Notes under the pieces: model-generated
What the model saw: only the letters and a program-made list of their open reading frames with translations
Databases searched by the model: none
Told to the model about the DNA's origin: nothing
Position numbers and translations under genes: made by a program
Part shown: positions 47,957 through 52,354 of the stretch, piece by piece
How the letters are laid out: every line of letters begins with the position of its first letter
Numbering within the stretch: the first letter of the stretch is position 1
Assembly: GCA_964626885.1 (NCBI GenBank)
Contig: CAZVJA010000010.1
Coordinates: forward strand, 1-52,354
DNA length: 52,354 nucleotides
Direction: 5' to 3'
From: an uncultured Planctomycetaceae bacterium
GTDB lineage: Bacteria > Planctomycetota > Planctomycetia > Planctomycetales > Planctomycetaceae

Positions 47957-49031
47957 GTTCCGCCTCAAAGCGGCGCAGGAATTCCACAAGCGCGTCAATT
48001 CCGTCGAGTGGAAACGCGTTGTAGATGCTCGCCCGCATGCCGCCGACGCTGCGGTGCCCCTTCAACCCGTCTAGTTTCGCTGCTTTCGCCCCCGCGATGA
48101 ACTTCGCATCGAGCTCGTCGTTGCCGGTGACGAAGGTGACGTTCATCAGTGACCGGCTGTCTTTGTCCGCGGTTGCCTTGAAGAGCTTGCTCTGGTCGAG
48201 AAAACGGTAGAGCCGTCCTGCCTTCTCACGATTATGCTTTTCAATCGCGGAGAGCCCCCCCTGCTGCTTGATCCATTTGAGGACCAGCCCCAGCACGTAG
48301 ATGCCGAACGTCGGCGGCGTGTTGTACATCGAGTCCTCTTTATCGTGCGTGCGGTATTGCAGCATCGTCGGCAGATCGCTCGATCCCCGTTCGATGAGAT
48401 CCTTGCGGATAATAACCATCGTCAGCCCGGATGGACCGAGATTCTTCTGCGCGCCGGCGTAAATTAGACCGTACTTTTTCACGTCGATGGGGCGCGAGAA
48501 GATGTCGCTCGATGCATCACAAACCAGAAAACTTCCGGCGGGAATCTCGGGCTCCGTGAAAAACTCCGTGCCGAAAATCGTGTTATTGGACGTGAAGTGC
48601 ACGTATACGGGCTTGTCGGTGTAGCGGCTCTTTTTTGGGATGTAACAGAAGTTGCGATCTTCGCTGCTAGAGGCGACGTGCACGTTGCCGTACCGCTTGG
48701 CTTCCTTGACCGCTTTCTGCGACCACGATCCGGTGACAAGATAATCGGCCGTCGATTCTTTCGTGAGAAAGTTCATCGGCACCATACAGAACTGCATCGA
48801 GGCCCCTCCTTGCAAGAAGAGGACGCTGTAGTCGTCAGGAATCGAGCCGATCTCACGGCAGAGAGCGACCGTCTCTTCATAGACAGCTAGAAAGGCCTTC
48901 CCTCGGTGGGAATGCTCCAGAATGCCAATGCCGGTATTTCCCAGCGACAACAGGTTTTCGCGGGCTTCTTCGAGTACGGAAACGGGCAACACCGCCGGTC
49001 CGGCCGAGAAGTTGTAGATCCGTTCAGTCAT
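47949..49031 (-). CDS. serC: phosphoserine aminotransferase
   Basis: [19 protein letters not shown]...HRGKAF...[12 protein letters not shown] matches the SerC N-terminus. PLP-lysine region present. Confidence 0.85.
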   Translation of the reverse strand: MTERIYNFSAGPAVLPVSVLEEARENLLSLGNTGIGILEHSHRGKAFLAVYEETVALCREIGSIPDDYSVLFLQGGASMQFCMVPMNFLTKESTADYLVTGSWSQKAVKEAKRYGNVHVASSSEDRNFCYIPKKSRYTDKPVYVHFTSNNTIFGTEFFTEPEIPAGSFLVCDASSDIFSRPIDVKKYGLIYAGAQKNLGPSGLTMVIIRKDLIERGSSDLPTMLQYRTHDKEDSMYNTPPTFGIYVLGLVLKWIKQQGGLSAIEKHNREKAGRLYRFLDQSKLFKATADKDSRSLMNVTFVTGNDELDAKFIAGAKAAKLDGLKGHRSVGGMRASIYNAFPLDGIDALVEFLRRFEAEHG

Positions 49032-49320
49032 GCGATCAGTCTCCAATGGTTCACAGAACCGTATATCACGGGCGAGAGAGCGTCAATCGTTCCGACAAGT
49101 TGAGCAATCTGGTGGTTCGGACAGACCGGATCAGGCTGTGGGGCAAGCACTTACAAACCGAGTGTGCTGTCTCCATCCCCCGCCGTTCGGTTAGAATTCA
49201 CCCGAAACAATGTGTAAAGCGGAGATGTGTAAGTCCGGCGAATTGTCGGAACTGCCTCAAGCGTAAATCTGACCCAAGGTCTTTTCGCCGATCGCAAGAC
49301 TGTGCCGTGAGGAACTTTTC

Positions 49321-50721
49321 ATGAGCATTCGAGGTCAATGGTTATGGGTTCTGTCGGGCGTCGTCGCGACATTGACTTCAGCGAGCCTTCGTGTCCAGGC
49401 TGACGAGCGCCGCGCGGCGAACAAGGAACGTCGGGCGCCGAACTTCGTGGTGATTCTCGTGGACGACCTGGGTTATGGCGACGTCGGATGCTACGGCAGC
49501 CAAGTGAACAAGACTCCCGAGATCGACCAACTCGCCCGCCGCGGGCTCCGCTGCACCGACTTTCACAGCAACGGTCCGATGTGTTCTCCCACGCGGGCGG
49601 CGCTGCTTACCGGATGTTATCAGCAGCGGTTCGGTAAGGAGTTCGACTTTGCGCTGGGCCCAGAGGAAGGGCGTGACCCCGGCTTACCACTCGAAGCAGT
49701 CACTCTGGCCGAAGTACTCCGGCAATCGGGATATGCCACCGGCCTGTTCGGGAAGTGGCATCTGGGCTTCAAGCCGCCGCAGACGCCAGTCAACCAGGGG
49801 TTCGACGAATTCCGCGGGCTCCTCTCGGGAGATGGCGATCATCACACGCACATCGATCGACGGGGAAAGAAGGACTGGTGGTGGAATGACGATCTGAAAA
49901 TGCAGTCCGGATACACGACCGATCTGATCACCGACCACAGCATTGATTTCATCGAACGGCATCGCAACCGACCGTTCTTCCTCTACCTGGCGCATCTGGC
50001 GATCCACTTCCCCTGGCAGGGTCCAAGCGATCCGCCGCATCGTGTCGAAGGGACGAATTATGGCGACGACAAATGGGGCATCATTCCAAATCGCAAGAAC
50101 GTCGCGCCGCACGTCAAGGCGATGGTCGAAGCCGTCGATCGCAGCGTCGGCCGCGTGATGTCCACTCTGGAAAAGTTGAATCTCGCGGAGAACACACTGG
50201 TGGTCTTCACGTCGGATAACGGGGGATACCTCGACTACGCCTCTGGGGGATTTGAGAACATCTCCAGCAACGGACCGTTCAAGGGGCAGAAGGGAGACGT
50301 GCATGAAGGAGGGCATCGCGTGCCCGCAATCTTCGTTTGGCCGGGGAAGATCGCGGCCGGGACGGTGACCGACCAGACTTTGTTGACGATGGACCTCTTT
50401 CCCACATTTACTCGCTTGGCCGGTGCAAAACTTCCGACGGGACAGAAGCGGGACGGCGTCGATCTCGCGCCCCTGTTATTCGAGCAGACCGCGTTCGCCG
50501 AGCGAACACTATTCTGGCGAAAAGGGGATCTCCGCGCGGTTCGCCGCGGAAAATGGAAGCTGAACCTGAGTGATCGACGGAGCCCGGCGCTCTATACTCT
50601 CGACAAAGACCCCGGCGAAACGACCAACCTCGCGGCCGACCACGAGGATCTGGTGAAGAACCTCACATCCGCTTACGACGCTTGGGAAGCAGACGTAAAC
50701 GGCGGCTACCGGGTGAAATAA
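49321..50721 (+). CDS. Cys-type sulfatase, secreted
   Basis: CSPTRAALLTG FGE motif. VDDLGYGD. Signal peptide. Confidence 0.85.
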   Translation: MSIRGQWLWVLSGVVATLTSASLRVQADERRAANKERRAPNFVVILVDDLGYGDVGCYGSQVNKTPEIDQLARRGLRCTDFHSNGPMCSPTRAALLTGCYQQRFGKEFDFALGPEEGRDPGLPLEAVTLAEVLRQSGYATGLFGKWHLGFKPPQTPVNQGFDEFRGLLSGDGDHHTHIDRRGKKDWWWNDDLKMQSGYTTDLITDHSIDFIERHRNRPFFLYLAHLAIHFPWQGPSDPPHRVEGTNYGDDKWGIIPNRKNVAPHVKAMVEAVDRSVGRVMSTLEKLNLAENTLVVFTSDNGGYLDYASGGFENISSNGPFKGQKGDVHEGGHRVPAIFVWPGKIAAGTVTDQTLLTMDLFPTFTRLAGAKLPTGQKRDGVDLAPLLFEQTAFAERTLFWRKGDLRAVRRGKWKLNLSDRRSPALYTLDKDPGETTNLAADHEDLVKNLTSAYDAWEADVNGGYRVK

Positions 50722-50739
50722 TCCCGTCGCGGTGCCACG

Positions 50740-51336
50740 TCACACGGCGCTGTGACTCACATTCTGTTGCTGAGGGCAACGCGCAGCAATCACCCGTTGG
50801 GCGATACGTCGAGCGATTTCGATCGTCTGCTTATTCCCACTGACGTGGCGCGTGACATACGTCCCCTCAATAATCATGCAGAACTCCTGTGCCAGGGCGA
50901 GCGGATCATCCGCGCCGGCCTCCTGAGCGAGTTCTCGAACAATCTCCTCGATGGCTTGCTTGTTCTTCGCAGCCAGGACATGCGCCGGCTCGTGCGGCAG
51001 CGGAAACTCGATGGCCGCATTGACGAAGATGCACCCATGAAAATCATCGGACTCAATGACGTGATCGACGACGTCGAGCACGGCATGCAGCCGGCCCATC
51101 GCGGAAGGGCCCCCCCGCTCGCAGATCATGGTGCGAAATATCTCTTGAGCCCAGGCGTGCTGCGTTTCCAGAGCCGCGATCATCAGGTCATCCTTGCTCT
51201 CGAAGTGCTTGTAGAACGCCGTTTTGCTGATTCCCACGTCTTTCAGAATCTGGTCGATCCCAACGCTGCGAAATCCATCGCGGTAAAAGCGGCGGATGGC
51301 CGCCTCCACAAGGCGTTGACGCGTCGGGCTTTTCAT
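50740..51336 (-). CDS. TetR family transcriptional regulator
   Basis: HTH: RLVEAAIRRFYRDGFRSVGIDQILKDVGISKTAFYKHF. Confidence 0.85.
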   Translation of the reverse strand: MKSPTRQRLVEAAIRRFYRDGFRSVGIDQILKDVGISKTAFYKHFESKDDLMIAALETQHAWAQEIFRTMICERGGPSAMGRLHAVLDVVDHVIESDDFHGCIFVNAAIEFPLPHEPAHVLAAKNKQAIEEIVRELAQEAGADDPLALAQEFCMIIEGTYVTRHVSGNKQTIEIARRIAQRVIAARCPQQQNVSHSAV

Positions 51337-51363
51337 CGGGCACTCCGGTGACAGAATGAATGA

Positions 51364-51382
51364 GGTTGACTACAAGTCAACC
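51364..51382. promoter_or_regulatory. palindromic operator candidate GGTTGACT-ACA-AGTCAACC in the tetR/methyltransferase divergent intergenic region
   Basis: Perfect 8-bp inverted arms. The half-site ACAAGTCAAC is repeated at 51395-51404. Confidence 0.45.
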
Positions 51383-51510
51383 TGGAAGTGTACCACAAGT
51401 CAACTTTTCAACACTCCAGTGCGGACGATAATCGTGTCGTACGACGAGCACAAAAGAGGGCTTTTCGTCACGGTCTGATCCGCGTTCCTGGCACTTTCGG
51501 AGGATTTGAA

Positions 51511-52293
51511 ATGAAACGCTGGCTGTATTTTCTCTACGGTGTGGGCTGCCACCTGTTGTTCCTGGGCACATTCGCCTACATGGCGGCATTTGTCGGCGGC
51601 TTCCTCGTCCCCAAGTCGATAGACACGGCCGCTCCAGGAACCATTCAGAGTGCAGTCATTGTCGATCTGCTGTTGCTGGGAATGTTCGCGGTGCAACATT
51701 CGGTGATGGCCCGTCCGGGTTTCAAGCGGATCTGGACACGCATCGTTCCGCAACCGATCGAGCGAAGCACGTACGTGCTGCTGAGCTGTATTGTAACAAT
51801 CGTGTTGATGTGGCAATGGCGGGGAATCGATGTGGTTTTTTGGGACGTTCAACATCCCGTGCTGCAAATTGCATTGTGGGGTCTGTTCGCCTTTGGTTGG
51901 CTGCTTGTACCGGTTGTCACCCTGATGCTCAACCATTTTGACCTGGTCGGAACACGCCAAGTCTGGTTGTATCTGCGAGGCCGCGAGTATGAGTCGCTGC
52001 CGTTCGCCGTGCCGATGCTTTATAAGCGCATGCGACATCCCCTCTACGTCGGCTGGACGATCTCCTTCTGGGCCATCCCGACGATGACAGCCGGGCACCT
52101 GCTCTTCGCAGCGGTGCTGACGGCATACATGGCGGCGGCCACGATTGTGGAGGAGCGCGACCTCGTGGCGCATTTCGGCAATCAGTACGAGGAGTATCGG
52201 CGCCGCGTCCCCAAGTTCGTGCCGAAGTTCACGTTCGCGGCGAAATCGCGACAGGACGAGGTCGAGCCGCAACCGGTGCGGGAAGTCGTCTGA
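51511..52293 (+). CDS. membrane methyltransferase family protein (ICMT/PEMT-like)
   Basis: Multi-TM. C-terminal RHPLYVGW...EERDL...FGNQYEEYRRRVP motif of the isoprenylcysteine carboxyl / phospholipid methyltransferase family. Start placed at MKRWLYF. Confidence 0.7.
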   Translation: MKRWLYFLYGVGCHLLFLGTFAYMAAFVGGFLVPKSIDTAAPGTIQSAVIVDLLLLGMFAVQHSVMARPGFKRIWTRIVPQPIERSTYVLLSCIVTIVLMWQWRGIDVVFWDVQHPVLQIALWGLFAFGWLLVPVVTLMLNHFDLVGTRQVWLYLRGREYESLPFAVPMLYKRMRHPLYVGWTISFWAIPTMTAGHLLFAAVLTAYMAAATIVEERDLVAHFGNQYEEYRRRVPKFVPKFTFAAKSRQDEVEPQPVREVV

Positions 52294-52354
52294 CCGGTTG
52301 TTCGGGCGGAGGCATATCTGCTCTCGCAACGCGGACGGGATCATGGACGCCCGC

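Noticed and set aside
51400-52344. 314-aa minus-strand ORF
   Set aside because: Antisense to the ICMT-like methyltransferase gene, which has the conserved C-terminal motif.

Overview
This is a high-GC bacterial chromosomal window. The gene content (several Cys-type sulfatases, MoxR/DUF58, secreted proteins with an N-terminal LE-x-R-x-LLS-type motif, scattered ribosomal protein genes) suggests Planctomycetota. That assignment is inference. Most of the window is ordinary housekeeping and accessory genes: a squalene-cyclase-like/DUF4159 gene with MoxR and DUF58, an ABC exporter module, rsfS, argS, a YacL-like PIN/TRAM gene, HIT, a LysM lipoprotein, gmhA, a Cld-family gene, a hydrolase, an enolase-superfamily enzyme, a hybrid histidine kinase, SPFH, two sulfatases, rpmA, rpsD, adk, a rhomboid, a large secreted zincin protease, a TPP decarboxylase, serC and a TetR/ICMT pair. 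The outstanding feature is a dense same-strand tRNA gene array of about 5.6 kb (about 23.7-29.3 kb). I hand-folded about 32 tRNA-like genes in it, with anticodons that together cover all 20 amino acids. The array includes several non-canonical tRNAs: type-I-sized tRNAs with Leu anticodons, T-loops with G at position 55, one initiator-like tRNA, and one or two pseudo-tRNAs. It also carries an embedded HNH endonuclease gene, an antisense pentapeptide-repeat gene and a dispersed 18-19 bp repeat family that brackets the HNH gene in inverted orientation. tRNA coordinates and anticodons come from manual folding without tools, so boundaries may be off by a few nucleotides and identities are provisional. 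The many long ORFs antisense to real genes are high-GC artefacts and were rejected.
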